Source of the DNA: Alphaproteobacteria bacterium
Lineage (GTDB): Bacteria; Pseudomonadota; Alphaproteobacteria; G963923945
NCBI GenBank assembly: GCA_965199175.1
Contig: OZ240684.1
Location: 1,058,337-1,122,336 of the forward strand
Direction: 5' to 3'
DNA: 64,000 nucleotides
In this document: piece after piece, positions 36,762-46,305 of the stretch
Numbering within the stretch: the stretch's first letter is position 1
Layout: each line of letters begins with the position of its first letter
Notes under the pieces: model-generated
What the model was told of the DNA's origin: nothing
The model's database searches: none
What the model saw: the letters and a program-made list of their open reading frames with translations, nothing else
Made by a program: the position numbers and the translations under genes

Positions 36762-37799
36762 TTAGCTACCGGCCGGATGATTTGTGATCTGATAGGCTAT
36801 CACAAAATCATCAAGCATCATCGGTATAAGGATAATCCCGCTTTGAGATGAACCAGCACCGGAAGCAGACCCGGACCCTGGGATCATATGATGGTCGGCA
36901 CTGCCTTTATTCAGATCGAGTAATTTGCGGGGCGCGGCATCCGTTTCAGCCAGCCATAACCCACCGGTCAACCAATCCGTCACTGTATAACCGCTCCTGT
37001 CAGGAAGCATAACAACCCCGTCTAAGTTCCCGAAAGGCGGGCTGATTGTGGTCACTGACCGGTCAGCGATCCGGACATTTTTCAGACTGCCCGGGATTTT
37101 GGTTGCAAAAGAGCTGGGGTCTATCTCGGTTCCCCAGGAACCAACAATCAGATCATCGCCATTGACTTCCAGGCCGTTGGGGGACTCCAGAGCACTGTCC
37201 CTGAGCCAAAGATGCAACAGACCGTCCTTGAGCCGGTAAATAGAATCACTCAGCATGTCAGAAACATAAACGATTCGGTTGGAATCGACAGCCACATCAT
37301 TGAGAAATTTGGCCCCATCGACCCGGTAAGATCCCTTCTCTCCGGTCTCGATATTCACAAAGATCAAATGATCAATATCGGCGATATAGAGCGTATCATC
37401 GACGACCCCCATCCCCTTGGGAGCATTCAACCCATCGATCCAGCGTAACTCAAGAATATTCCCTTCTGGTGATATACGGGAGATGAAACCCTGACCATTT
37501 TTTTCGGTCCCCCCTCCATTCATATTCGATACATAAACAACTTCCCGGGCGGGATCATAGAGAACCGATTCGGGACGTAAAAAACCCGGCAGCCGCCATA
37601 TTTCCTCAAGAACAGTATTCTCCCCAAACAGTTTCTTTGATGAATCATCAGAGCATGCCGCCACCAAAGATAACGGAATCATCACAGCCAAAAAGAGGGC
37701 ACGCCGACAAAAACGAAAAGACTGCTTACCGGTCGCATCGCATGGCGTAAAAAAACGTCTTTGTCTGTGAGTTCTGTGAGACAGGTCAGGAATAAACAT
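36762..37799 (-). CDS. Six-bladed beta-propeller lipoprotein (SMP-30/gluconolactonase/LRE-like or NHL-type)
   Basis: Lipoprotein-like signal (LSLVAAC), then repeated VYVSxMxxDxIYR/LYIADIDHLI-type blades. Confidence 0.5.
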   Translation of the reverse strand: MFIPDLSHRTHRQRRFFTPCDATGKQSFRFCRRALFLAVMIPLSLVAACSDDSSKKLFGENTVLEEIWRLPGFLRPESVLYDPAREVVYVSNMNGGGTEKNGQGFISRISPEGNILELRWIDGLNAPKGMGVVDDTLYIADIDHLIFVNIETGEKGSYRVDGAKFLNDVAVDSNRIVYVSDMLSDSIYRLKDGLLHLWLRDSALESPNGLEVNGDDLIVGSWGTEIDPSSFATKIPGSLKNVRIADRSVTTISPPFGNLDGVVMLPDRSGYTVTDWLTGGLWLAETDAAPRKLLDLNKGSADHHMIPGSGSASGAGSSQSGIILIPMMLDDFVIAYQITNHPAGS

Positions 37800-37998
37800 G
37801 GAAAAATCTCCGTGATAATGATGAACGTAAAAAAATTTTTAATCCAGAATGCCTGAATCCCGGCGAAAACAAAAACTCAAAACAATGACCACAGCCGGAA
37901 CGGGAATAAGAGACAAAAGAACATGACTGACCAAAGAACACAACCGACCAAAGAACACCCAACCCGGCAAACAGGTTGCCTGGTCTGATGCTGAATGA

Positions 37999-38072
37999 TG
38001 GCTGGGGCGGCAGGATTCGAACCTGCGATCACGGGATCAAAACCCGATGCCTTACCGCTTGGCTACGCCCCA
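37999..38072 (-). tRNA. tRNA-Gln (TTG)
   Basis: The reverse complement TGGGGCGTAGCCAAGCGGTAAGGCATCGGGTTTTGATCCCGTGATCGCAGGTTCGAATCCTGCCGCCCCAGCCA has anticodon TTG. Confidence 0.9.
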
Positions 38073-38153
38073 AATTCTCTCACCACAAAACGACCCTGTC
38101 AATCAGGGGCGCAGATTAAGCATTTTGTCCGCAAGGCGCAACGCCTTCAATCA

Positions 38154-38495
38154 ATGTCTGAGAGAATGATTTCCCAAACACCCGTTCGTGGCCAATTCAT
38201 TGTCTATGTTGAATGGGGAAAAGAAGGGATGAGTTTCCGCGATTTTACCGATAAAGAGCGGCGGCGGGATATCGTGATTTTACTCTCGCAAGGATCAACA
38301 GCCAGCCGATGGGCGGTGGGGGAGGCTCTGGCTGATTTAGGATACAAAGCATCCGATGACCTGGTCGGGAGCGACCTGGCGTGGCTGGATGAGCAAGGGC
38401 TGATTGAACAAGGAGCCGGAGGGCGGTGGTCCCTGACGACAAGGGGGCGCGATGTCGCACGGGGCCGGGCCTGGCATCCCGGACTGCGCCATTGA
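38154..38495 (+). CDS. Hypothetical phage protein
   Basis: 113-aa ORF directly upstream of, and translationally coupled (TGATG) to, the terminase small subunit gene. Confidence 0.4.
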   Translation: MSERMISQTPVRGQFIVYVEWGKEGMSFRDFTDKERRRDIVILLSQGSTASRWAVGEALADLGYKASDDLVGSDLAWLDEQGLIEQGAGGRWSLTTRGRDVARGRAWHPGLRH

Positions 38496-39028
38496 TGAGC
38501 AGACTATCTAAAATAGACCGGCTTCCGCTGGAAATCCGGCAGGAAATCCGGCGGCTGTATTTAGAAGAAAGTTACAACCTGAAGCAAATCGTCAGCTGGC
38601 TGGAGCGGCAGGGAATTGAAGCATCGCGCTCTTCGGTTGGTCGCTGGATGAAGAAGGCTCGTGAAGTCGCCGTCCGGCTGGCCGAAACAACACAGATTGC
38701 CAAAGCGATTGCTCAGGATATCGGGCCGGATATGGATCATTCAAAGACCCTGAGTGTCCTGGTCAACCTGGTTCAGGATGCCGCATTTCGGGTTCTGCAG
38801 GCTGGCACGCTGGAGATTAAAGAGATCGAGTCCTTAGGCCGTCTGGTCAAAAACACCGCAACGGCCCTAAAATTTAACACCGAACAAGAAGCTAAAGCAC
38901 GCCTGGAGAAGGCGGCCCGGGACAAGGCAAAAACCGATGCCAAAGCTCTCGCCAAAGTCGCCAACGAACAGGGCTTGTCGCCTGAATCGATTGCGGCCTT
39001 GAATGCTGCCTTAGGGATCAAAGATTAA
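38495..39028 (+). CDS. Phage terminase small subunit-like protein (Mu gp27/DUF3486-like)
   Basis: 177 aa, helical and basic; in position before terL. Confidence 0.6.
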   Translation: MSRLSKIDRLPLEIRQEIRRLYLEESYNLKQIVSWLERQGIEASRSSVGRWMKKAREVAVRLAETTQIAKAIAQDIGPDMDHSKTLSVLVNLVQDAAFRVLQAGTLEIKEIESLGRLVKNTATALKFNTEQEAKARLEKAARDKAKTDAKALAKVANEQGLSPESIAALNAALGIKD

Positions 39029-40515
39029 TGAAACCTTCGGTCAACACATTGTTGCCATATCAGCGCCGGGTCCTCCAGGCGGCGCAGCAACACTCAGTCT
39101 TGGTTGTTGAAAAATCGCGGCGGATTGGCATCACCTGGTCCCTGGGAGGGGCCGCCGTCCTGACGGCGGCAGCCCGGCGGGATGCCGGGGGCATGGATGT
39201 GCTTTACATTGGGACCTCCCGCGATATGGCGCGCGAGTTTATCGATGTGGCGGCCCAATGGGGTGAAGGGGTGGATGCGGCCATCGCTGAATATGGCGAG
39301 ACTTTGTGGCAGGGAAATGGTGAAAGCATTCAGGCGTTTCGCCTGAAGTTCAAGTCCGGATTTGAGGTTCTGGCTCTTTCATCACGGCCCCGGTCGCTGC
39401 GGGGTCGGCAGGGATTTGTCATTATTGATGAGGCGGCCTGGCATGACGATTTACCTGGCCTGATGAAAGCAGCGGTTGCGATGCTGGTTTGGGGTGGTCG
39501 GGTCTGTGTCGTTTCAACCCATAACGGGGTTGATAACCCGTTCAATTTGCTGGTCCAGGATTGCCGGTCAGGGGATAAGAAACATGAAGTGATACGGATT
39601 ACATTTTCTGATGCAATCAGAGACGGGCTGGCCGAGCGGATTGCCCACCAAAAAGGCGTTCCTTATTCGGCTGGTTTTTCGGTGGATTTTGAGGCAGGCA
39701 TCCGGGCTGAATATGGGGCAGATTCCGGGGAAGAACTGGATGCAATCCCGGCAGCAGGCCGGGGGGCTTTTTTGAATGCTGCCCTGATAGAAGCCCGGAT
39801 GGACCGGAGCATTCCGGTTTGTTGCTGGGCCGGGGATGGGGACCTGAAAGACTGGATCAAAGATCATCTTTCACCAATCATCGAAGGATGTGATCCATTG
39901 CTTTTAACCTATGTTGGCATGGATGTTGGCCGGACGGGTCACCCTTCAGCCATTTATATTCTGCAAACGGATCGAACTTTGAGGCGGCTGGGCCGGGGGT
40001 TGATAGAATTGCGCCGCCTTCCGTTTTCGGTTCAGGAAAAGATTGCTGATTTTTTGATTACCAGCTTGCCGCGGCTGATTTTGTTTTCGATTGATGCCGG
40101 AGGGATTGGGGCCGGCTTAGCCGAACGCCTCAATCAGAACTGGGGCAGCCTGGTCCGGGAAACCAAGCTGAGCCGCGAATGGTATCGCATCGCCATGCCG
40201 CCGCTCAGAGCTGCATTCGAAGATGGTTCGATTACCATTCCGTCATTTCTTGATTTACGATTAGATTTACGGGCCATTCGTGAGGAAGGGGGAATCGCAA
40301 AAATTGGTGGCGAGGCTTACAAAGGCAGTGATGGCCAGCCCCGTCATGGCGATGCAGCCATGGCTCTGGCCCTGGCCTATCAGGCCAGCCGGGAGCAAGA
40401 CAGCGCATATGCCTATGATGCCTGGCATGATCCGAATCCGGATGAAGAAGATATCCCTGACCCGGTCTGGGCCGGAGCCAGGGGGACATTTTATAAAAGA
40501 GGGCTGGCGTTATGA
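39028..40515 (+). CDS. Phage terminase large subunit (Mu gp28-like)
   Basis: N-terminal LLPYQRRVL..., Walker A-like VEKSRRIGITW, a C-terminal nuclease region with acidic residues. 495 aa. Confidence 0.8.
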   Translation: MKPSVNTLLPYQRRVLQAAQQHSVLVVEKSRRIGITWSLGGAAVLTAAARRDAGGMDVLYIGTSRDMAREFIDVAAQWGEGVDAAIAEYGETLWQGNGESIQAFRLKFKSGFEVLALSSRPRSLRGRQGFVIIDEAAWHDDLPGLMKAAVAMLVWGGRVCVVSTHNGVDNPFNLLVQDCRSGDKKHEVIRITFSDAIRDGLAERIAHQKGVPYSAGFSVDFEAGIRAEYGADSGEELDAIPAAGRGAFLNAALIEARMDRSIPVCCWAGDGDLKDWIKDHLSPIIEGCDPLLLTYVGMDVGRTGHPSAIYILQTDRTLRRLGRGLIELRRLPFSVQEKIADFLITSLPRLILFSIDAGGIGAGLAERLNQNWGSLVRETKLSREWYRIAMPPLRAAFEDGSITIPSFLDLRLDLRAIREEGGIAKIGGEAYKGSDGQPRHGDAAMALALAYQASREQDSAYAYDAWHDPNPDEEDIPDPVWAGARGTFYKRGLAL

Positions 40516-42071
40516 AATTGACAACCGCTGCCAAAAATATCAGCGAGAAAATCCAGTCGCTGTTTCAAAATAAACCTTCAGGAAATGCGTTGCGGATTGG
40601 GCCGGGGGATGATGGGCCGATGGGTCGGGTTAATCTTATGACATTGGCCAGAGCATCCTCAGCTGCTGATAGCGGGGATCCTTCGGCATGGTTCCGGCTG
40701 GCGGAATATCTGGAGCGTATTGATGCACATTATGCTGCCGTCCTGCAGCAGCGTAAAAATCACCTGATCCAGATGCCGATGCGTATTGAAACTGGTCCGG
40801 AAGTCCCAATCCAGGCCCGGCGGCTGGCGGAAGATTTTTTAGAAAGTGGCATCTTGCAAGAACAGCTGGGTTATTTTCTTGATGCGATTGGGAAAGGAAT
40901 CGCCATCATAGAAATGCGGTGGCGCAGCATGAATGGGCGGTGGTTGCCGTTTGAGTTTATTCATCACGGGCCGCATCTTTTTGCTTTCGATCAAAAAGGT
41001 CAAATTGGGTTGCGGGACCAGGCCGGGCGGTGGAAACAGCCGCCGCCAGCCCGTCTCCTCACGCCACGGATTGGATTGAAGACCGGATTGCCCTGGCAGA
41101 CGGGTCTGGCCCGGCCGGCCGGGCTTTCTATCATAGCCAAACAATTTGCCATCAGAGACTGGATGACTTTCCTGGAAACCTATGGCCGGCCGATACGGCT
41201 GGGTCGCTATGGCCGGGGGGTCAATTCCCAAGAAAAAAAGGAACTCTTAAACTCAGTTTATCATATCTTTTCTGATGCTGCGGCGATCATTCCCGATGCG
41301 ATGAACATTGAGTTTATTCAAGCCTCAACACGGGGCAGTCAGGAAGGGTATCAGAAGCTGGCCCAGTACATGGATCAGCAGCTTTCCAAGCTGGTCCTGG
41401 GCCAGACCACAACCACGGATGCAATCGCCGGCGGTCATGCGGTCAGCAAGGAACATGATAAGGTGCGCAGAGATATCGGCAGGGCTGATGCGCGGGCTAT
41501 TGAAAGATGCCTCAACAACCAGCTGATGCCGTGGTTGATTGGATTTAACCTGGATCAGGGATATGCCGGCTGGCCCGGTCAGGCCCTGCCCCAGTTCCGG
41601 ATAGGTGAGGAAAAGGAAGAAGAGCGAACCAATGATCCCCGGGCCTGGGCGGCAGCGTTAGAGAGCCTAACCAGTCTGGGGGTTGAGATTTCAGCTGATG
41701 AAGCCCGGCGGCGGCTGGGGCTGGGGGCACCACAAAAAGGTGAGGCTGTGCTTAAACTGCCCACACAACAGCGGACAATTGCAGGAGGAGCTGAGGGTGC
41801 CGCAAAACCGGATGACCGGGATTGGTTGGCGGAATTGGCCGCTGAGACACTGACCGAATGGGATCACGAAAGCATCACCGGTCCCTTAGGCAAGGTGGTC
41901 TTAGAATCTCAAACTTACGATGATCTGGGAACCCGGCTGGCAACCGTTGCTGATCAAATTCCCACCAAAAAGGTTGAAAATCAGTTGGCTCAGAGCCTGT
42001 TTGCAAGCCGGCTGGCTGGACGGGTCGGGGTTGAGGAAGATTCCGGAACGCAGGGACCCGTTAAAAAATGA
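40512..42071 (+). CDS. Phage portal protein (Mu gp29/DUF935-like)
   Basis: 519 aa, follows the terminase. DUF935-like conserved regions. Confidence 0.75.
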   Translation: MKLTTAAKNISEKIQSLFQNKPSGNALRIGPGDDGPMGRVNLMTLARASSAADSGDPSAWFRLAEYLERIDAHYAAVLQQRKNHLIQMPMRIETGPEVPIQARRLAEDFLESGILQEQLGYFLDAIGKGIAIIEMRWRSMNGRWLPFEFIHHGPHLFAFDQKGQIGLRDQAGRWKQPPPARLLTPRIGLKTGLPWQTGLARPAGLSIIAKQFAIRDWMTFLETYGRPIRLGRYGRGVNSQEKKELLNSVYHIFSDAAAIIPDAMNIEFIQASTRGSQEGYQKLAQYMDQQLSKLVLGQTTTTDAIAGGHAVSKEHDKVRRDIGRADARAIERCLNNQLMPWLIGFNLDQGYAGWPGQALPQFRIGEEKEEERTNDPRAWAAALESLTSLGVEISADEARRRLGLGAPQKGEAVLKLPTQQRTIAGGAEGAAKPDDRDWLAELAAETLTEWDHESITGPLGKVVLESQTYDDLGTRLATVADQIPTKKVENQLAQSLFASRLAGRVGVEEDSGTQGPVKK

Positions 42072-43375
42072 TTGATATCAAACCGTTGCCGCCGGAAGAA
42101 GCGGTACAATTTTTTCGCTCCAAAGGCTATGCGATTGGTTTTTCGTGGCGAGATATTTGGAAGGAAGAACATGCTTTAGCCTTTACAGTCGCCAAGGCAA
42201 TGCGCATTGATATCCTTGAAGATATTCGCGCCGCTGTCGATCAGGCCATATCGAAAGGGATTGCTTATTCTGAGTTTAAAAAAAATCTTGAGCCAATCCT
42301 TCAGGCCAAGGGCTGGTGGGGGCGCAAAAAACTCCGGGACCCGAAAACCGGAAGACTGGTCAATGCCCAGCTGGGGTCTAACCGGCGTCTTAAGATTATT
42401 TTTGATACCAATACAAGAATGGCCTATGCGGCTGGCCGGTGGCAGCGCATCGAGGCGGTTGCCGCGCAGCGGCCCTATCTGAGATATGTTGGGGTGCTGG
42501 ATGATCGCATCCGAGAACAACACCGGGGGTGGCATGGCACGGTGCGGTTGGTTGGTGATGGTTTCTGGGACAGCCATTACCCACCCAATGGCTGGCGATG
42601 CCGGTGTACGGTTGAGCAGCTTTCGCAAGATGATATGGATGCGTTTGGGTATGAAGTCTCCCCGCCGCCCAAAATCAAACATCGCCTGGTAAAAAACCGC
42701 CGAAACGGGCGGATGATGCGGGTCCCCGAAGGCATTTCCCCGGGATTTGATTATAATGTCGGCAAAGCCCGGCTGCGGGCCTATATCCCGCCGCCTTTAG
42801 ATGAGGGACCATTGCCGGTTTCCTTTCCTGCCGGGGTAAAACTGCCGCCATTGCCGCCAGCCCGGTCCTTGCCTGCCAGTATTTTAATTGATCCATCGAC
42901 TCCGGATGAAGAAGCGGTGGCACAGTTTCTGGGGTCATTCAGCCTCAGTGCCGGGCGATCAGGTGCCGGGCCGCAGGAAGCATTTGTGTTTATTGACAAG
43001 GCCGGGGAGCCGTTAGCAATCGGGCAGGATCTTTTCCGGCGAAGTGACGGGCAGCTTAAGGTTGGGAAACGGGGCCGAAAAAAATATCTGATGGCTTTGG
43101 CTCTGGCCCTTCAGGACCCGGATGAAATCTGGTGGCATTGGGAGCGGTCGCGTGATGGCCGGGCCTTATTGAGGCGGCGCTATCTGGCCCGGTTTGTATT
43201 CCCGCCCGGGGGCACCCCCCCTGCGGGTCCCCCAGGCGGGGGAATAATCCCAGGGGTGACAGTTTTTGACTGGCATAAATCAGGCTGGCGGGGTGTTACG
43301 ATTTTTCAAAGCGAAGGTGAAAATTATCTATTTAATCTCCGCAAAGGAACTTTGGCCTATCGCCGCCAAAAATGA
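42068..43375 (+). CDS. Phage head morphogenesis protein, MuF/SPP1 gp7 family
   Basis: Region REQHRGWHGTV...PNGWRCRC is typical of Phage_Mu_F. The C-terminal part carries an in-frame GC-palindrome insertion (FPPGGTPPAGPPGGG). Confidence 0.85.
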   Translation: MIDIKPLPPEEAVQFFRSKGYAIGFSWRDIWKEEHALAFTVAKAMRIDILEDIRAAVDQAISKGIAYSEFKKNLEPILQAKGWWGRKKLRDPKTGRLVNAQLGSNRRLKIIFDTNTRMAYAAGRWQRIEAVAAQRPYLRYVGVLDDRIREQHRGWHGTVRLVGDGFWDSHYPPNGWRCRCTVEQLSQDDMDAFGYEVSPPPKIKHRLVKNRRNGRMMRVPEGISPGFDYNVGKARLRAYIPPPLDEGPLPVSFPAGVKLPPLPPARSLPASILIDPSTPDEEAVAQFLGSFSLSAGRSGAGPQEAFVFIDKAGEPLAIGQDLFRRSDGQLKVGKRGRKKYLMALALALQDPDEIWWHWERSRDGRALLRRRYLARFVFPPGGTPPAGPPGGGIIPGVTVFDWHKSGWRGVTIFQSEGENYLFNLRKGTLAYRRQK

Positions 43376-43562
43376 AAAAGGCCGAAGCGGCGCCCCCTTC
43401 GGCCATTCAATCGGTTACGGACAGTCAGACGCCACATCTCGCCGATTGAATATAAGGCGACTATAGCGCGGTTGGCGTTCTGGGGCAAGGGGAAACGCAT
43501 AGAAAAAGCCAACGGCATTTAGCGGCGGCTTAACGGGGCTTTGAGAGGGGGTTGGCGGTTGA

Positions 43563-43766
43563 TTTTGTCTGGCCGGGGGACCCGGTTACCTCTGGGGGAC
43601 CCGTAGGGGGGGAACCCCCAGAGGGAAAACCGGAAAAACACCAATTACCTCTGGGGGACCCGTAGGGGGGGTACCCCCAGAGGGAAAAACAAAGACAGGG
43701 GCACCCCCAGGAGGAAAATCTGATACTCCTGGGGGACCCGTAGGGGGGGCACCCCCAGGAGGAAAA
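43563..43766 (+). repeat. Cluster of three GC-rich palindromic repeat elements (core cctctgggggacccgtagggggggtacccccagagg)
   Basis: Three copies spaced ~60-75 bp apart. Each forms a ~10-bp GC stem around a loop containing the palindrome gggggtaccccc. Confidence 0.85.
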
Positions 43767-43787
43767 TATGCCAATCTGGATGATCTG

Positions 43788-44213
43788 GTGGCGGCCTATG
43801 GCCGGGACCGGATGATCGAGTTGAGCGACCGCGATGGAACCGGATCGATCAATGCCGATGTGGTCGCTGCCGGGCTGGCGGCTGCCAGTGCTGAAATTGA
43901 TACCTATCTGAGGGGGGTGGCCCGGCTGCCGCTGCCAGATCCACCACCTGTGCTTAAACGGCTGGCGGTGGATCTGGCCTATGTTCATATGCTGGCTGAC
44001 CGGGCCGGGGAGAATGACCGGGCCATCCGGGGTGAAGCGATTGCGCTGTTGGACAAGATTGTGGCCGGGAAAATTAAACTGGGGCTGGATGCTCTGGCAT
44101 CACAAACTGCGGGGCACAGCGTCCAGGTGTTGTATCCGGATCACCGCCGTTGGGGAACATTTGGTTCCCCCGTGGGGGGTCCCCCCCTACGGGACCCCCA
44201 CGGGTCATTATAA
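43788..44213 (+). CDS. Phage head-tail joining protein, Mu gp36/DUF1320-like
   Basis: ...IDTYLRGVARLPLPDPPPVLKRLAVDLAYVHML... matches the DUF1320 core. GTG start. The in-frame upstream sequence YANLDDLVAAYG also looks native, but the only ATG (43768) is out of frame. Confidence 0.55.
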   Translation: MAAYGRDRMIELSDRDGTGSINADVVAAGLAAASAEIDTYLRGVARLPLPDPPPVLKRLAVDLAYVHMLADRAGENDRAIRGEAIALLDKIVAGKIKLGLDALASQTAGHSVQVLYPDHRRWGTFGSPVGGPPLRDPHGSL

Positions 44214-44647
44214 TGACCGGGGTGCGTCTGACCTGGCGGGGGATGGACCAGATTCGCCACCGCCTGACCGCGTTGGCCGGGCGGGATCTTAGCCACCCAA
44301 TGGCGTTGATTGCCGCCCATTTAGAAACCGCAACGCGTCATCGTTTTGGCTGGGGGACTTCTCCGGATGGGAAAGCCTGGAAGCCTTCAAAGCGGGTGCT
44401 TGCTCATGGGGGGCAGACCCTGGTTAAGAGCACAATTTTACGCGACAGCATCACCAGCCGCTCCTCGGACAAAGAGGCTGAGGTCGGAACCAATGTGATT
44501 TATGGAGCCATCCATCAGCTGGGCGGCCAGGCCGGACGCAAGCATGCAGTCAGGCTCCCGGCCCGGCCTTATCTGGGGCTGTCTTCGCGGGATGGGCAGG
44601 TTGTGGAAAAAATTATCGCAGACTTTCTGCGTAAAAGCCTGGCGTGA
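44213..44647 (+). CDS. Phage virion morphogenesis protein (Mu G / P2 gpS tail-completion family)
   Basis: 144 aa (MTGVRLTWRGMDQIRHRLTAL...). The upstream 60 nt of the ORF track are palindromic repeat sequence. Confidence 0.55.
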   Translation: MTGVRLTWRGMDQIRHRLTALAGRDLSHPMALIAAHLETATRHRFGWGTSPDGKAWKPSKRVLAHGGQTLVKSTILRDSITSRSSDKEAEVGTNVIYGAIHQLGGQAGRKHAVRLPARPYLGLSSRDGQVVEKIIADFLRKSLA

Positions 44648-45069
44648 TGATCATGATTACTCAAGTTATTTCTCAATTACAAAAAATAAAGACCCTGCGC
44701 CATGTAGCTGGCGCAGCGGCTCTGGCGGCGGTGAATGAAAAGTCCCTGCCCCCCAGCCCGACAGCTTATGTGGTCCTGCTCAATGAAGCTGCCGGGAACA
44801 ACCGGCTGACCGCCGGGATTGAGCAGGTGGTGACCGAAAAGATCGGGGTCATTTTGGTGGTCAAAAATCTGCGGGATGCCAAAGGTGAAGCGGCGGCCAA
44901 AGAAATTGAAACCCTGAGGGCAGCTGTGTTGGATCAGCTGATTGGCTGGTTGCCTTCGGGATATGACGATCCGTTGACATTTTCAGGCGGCGACCTGGCC
45001 GGGATGGAAGGTGGCGCGGTTTGGTATCAACTGATTTTCACGGCCAAACGGCGTTTTCGAAAAATTTAA
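44644..45069 (+). CDS. Hypothetical phage structural protein (possibly Mu gp37/tail-terminator-like)
   Basis: 141 aa; sits between the head-tail joining genes and the major tail gene. Confidence 0.4.
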   Translation: MMIMITQVISQLQKIKTLRHVAGAAALAAVNEKSLPPSPTAYVVLLNEAAGNNRLTAGIEQVVTEKIGVILVVKNLRDAKGEAAAKEIETLRAAVLDQLIGWLPSGYDDPLTFSGGDLAGMEGGAVWYQLIFTAKRRFRKI

Positions 45070-45079
45070 AGCGTAAAGG

Positions 45080-46019
45080 AAAAAATATGTTGCAGTTCAG
45101 AAAACGCCTGGTCCTGGCAAAGGTTGAAACAACTTACGGGGTTGATGCAGCCCCGGTCGGGGGGGATGCTATTTTGCTGCGTGAGGTCACCCTCACCCCT
45201 TATGCCGCAGACGCCCGGGACCGGGGGACCATCCGCGATGCATTAGGGGCATCGCCGCAAACCCTGGCCAATCGCCATGTGGAATTGACGGCCCAGGTTG
45301 AACTGGCCGGGGCAGGAACAGCAGGCAGTGTTCCCGGCTATGGTCCCTTGCTCAGAGGCTGTGGGTTTTCCCAAACCATTTCAGACGCCGATGATAATGA
45401 AAGCGTCATCTATCAACCCGTAAGTACCGGGTATGAATCAGTCTCGTTTCATTTTTACATCGATGGGGTTCGGCATAAGATGCTCGGCTCACGGGGCAAT
45501 GTGGCCTTCCGGATTGAAGCCGGAGAACCCCCGGTTATGGATTTTTCCTTCATCGGTTTGTGGGAGACACCAACCACAACCACCGCACCACAGGCCGATT
45601 TTACAGCCTTTCAAAAACCACTGGCCGTAGGGAAAGACAACACGCCGGTTTTTATGGCCCATGGAGCCAGCGCGATTGCCCGATCGATTGAGATCGATAT
45701 GAATAATGCGGTGAAACATATCGCGCTGATTGGGTCTGAGGAAGTCATCATCGGGGACCGGGATGCCGGGGGACGAATCAGCCTGGAAGCCAAACGGCCC
45801 AATGAACAGGATTGGTTTGCCACGGTGGCGGCTGAAAACACCGGCGCATTTACGGTGCAAAACGGCAACCAGGCCGGGGAGATTGTTGAGTTGGCTTTGC
45901 CAGCGGTGCAGATTCTGGCCCCTTCCTATGAGGATTATGAGGGCTATACCCTTTTTTCAGCCAATATCAAGGCCATCCCCCATAACGGTGATGATGAACT
46001 GGTTTTGACGGTTAAATAA
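45080..46019 (+). CDS. Putative major tail protein (lambda gpV position), possibly a capsid/structural protein
   Basis: 313 aa, high expression-style RBS, immediately upstream of the TAC/tape-measure genes. The family assignment is positional only. Confidence 0.45.
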
Positions 46020-46028
46020 AGACCAAAT

Positions 46029-46290
46029 GACCTCTGGGGGACCCGTAGGGGGGGTACCCCCAGAGGAAAAACCAGAAGACCCGTAGGGGGAAAACACCAA
46101 TTACCTCTGGGGGACCCGTAGGGGGGGTCCCCCCAGAGGGAGAACCAGAAGACCCGTAGGGGGAAAACACCAATTACCTCTGGGGGACCCGTAGGGGGGG
46201 TCCCCCCAGAGGGAGAACCAGAAGACCCGTAGGGGGAAAACACCAATTACCTCTGGGGGACCCGTAGGGGGGGTCCCCCCAGAGGGAGAA
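46029..46290 (+). repeat. Tandem array (~3.7 x ~72 bp) of the GC-rich palindromic element plus a conserved linker
   Basis: Unit cctctgggggacccgtagggggggtccccccagagggagaaccagaagacccgtagggggaaaacaccaattac. The linkers are identical between units, so it is not CRISPR-like. It ends at the RBS of the next gene. Confidence 0.9.
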
Positions 46291-46305
46291 CCAAGGAGAA
46301 AAAAT

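Noticed and set aside
37999-38072. tRNA-Gln as the integration site (attB) of the prophage
   Set aside because: The phage DNA abuts the 5' end of the tRNA, not the 3' end. No integrase or repeated tRNA 3' segment is found at the other end, so adjacency may be coincidental or follow deletion.
37995-38153. N-terminal extension of ORF 37995-38495 (MMAGAAGFEPAITG...)
   Set aside because: This portion is the antisense of tRNA-Gln. The plausible start is the internal ATG at 38154.
43586-43774. Minus-strand ORFs (43586-43774, 43530-43988, 45944-46246) encoding Gly/Pro-rich peptides
   Set aside because: They are read through the GC-palindrome repeats (GGTPPTGPP... repeats mirror the DNA repeat). 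These are artefacts of repeat sequence lacking stops.
46029-46290. Regularly spaced 36-bp palindromic repeats resembling a CRISPR array
   Set aside because: The sequences between repeats are identical in every unit (a ~72-bp tandem duplication), there is no leader or cas gene, and the same element occurs singly elsewhere. It is a tandem palindromic repeat, not a CRISPR array.
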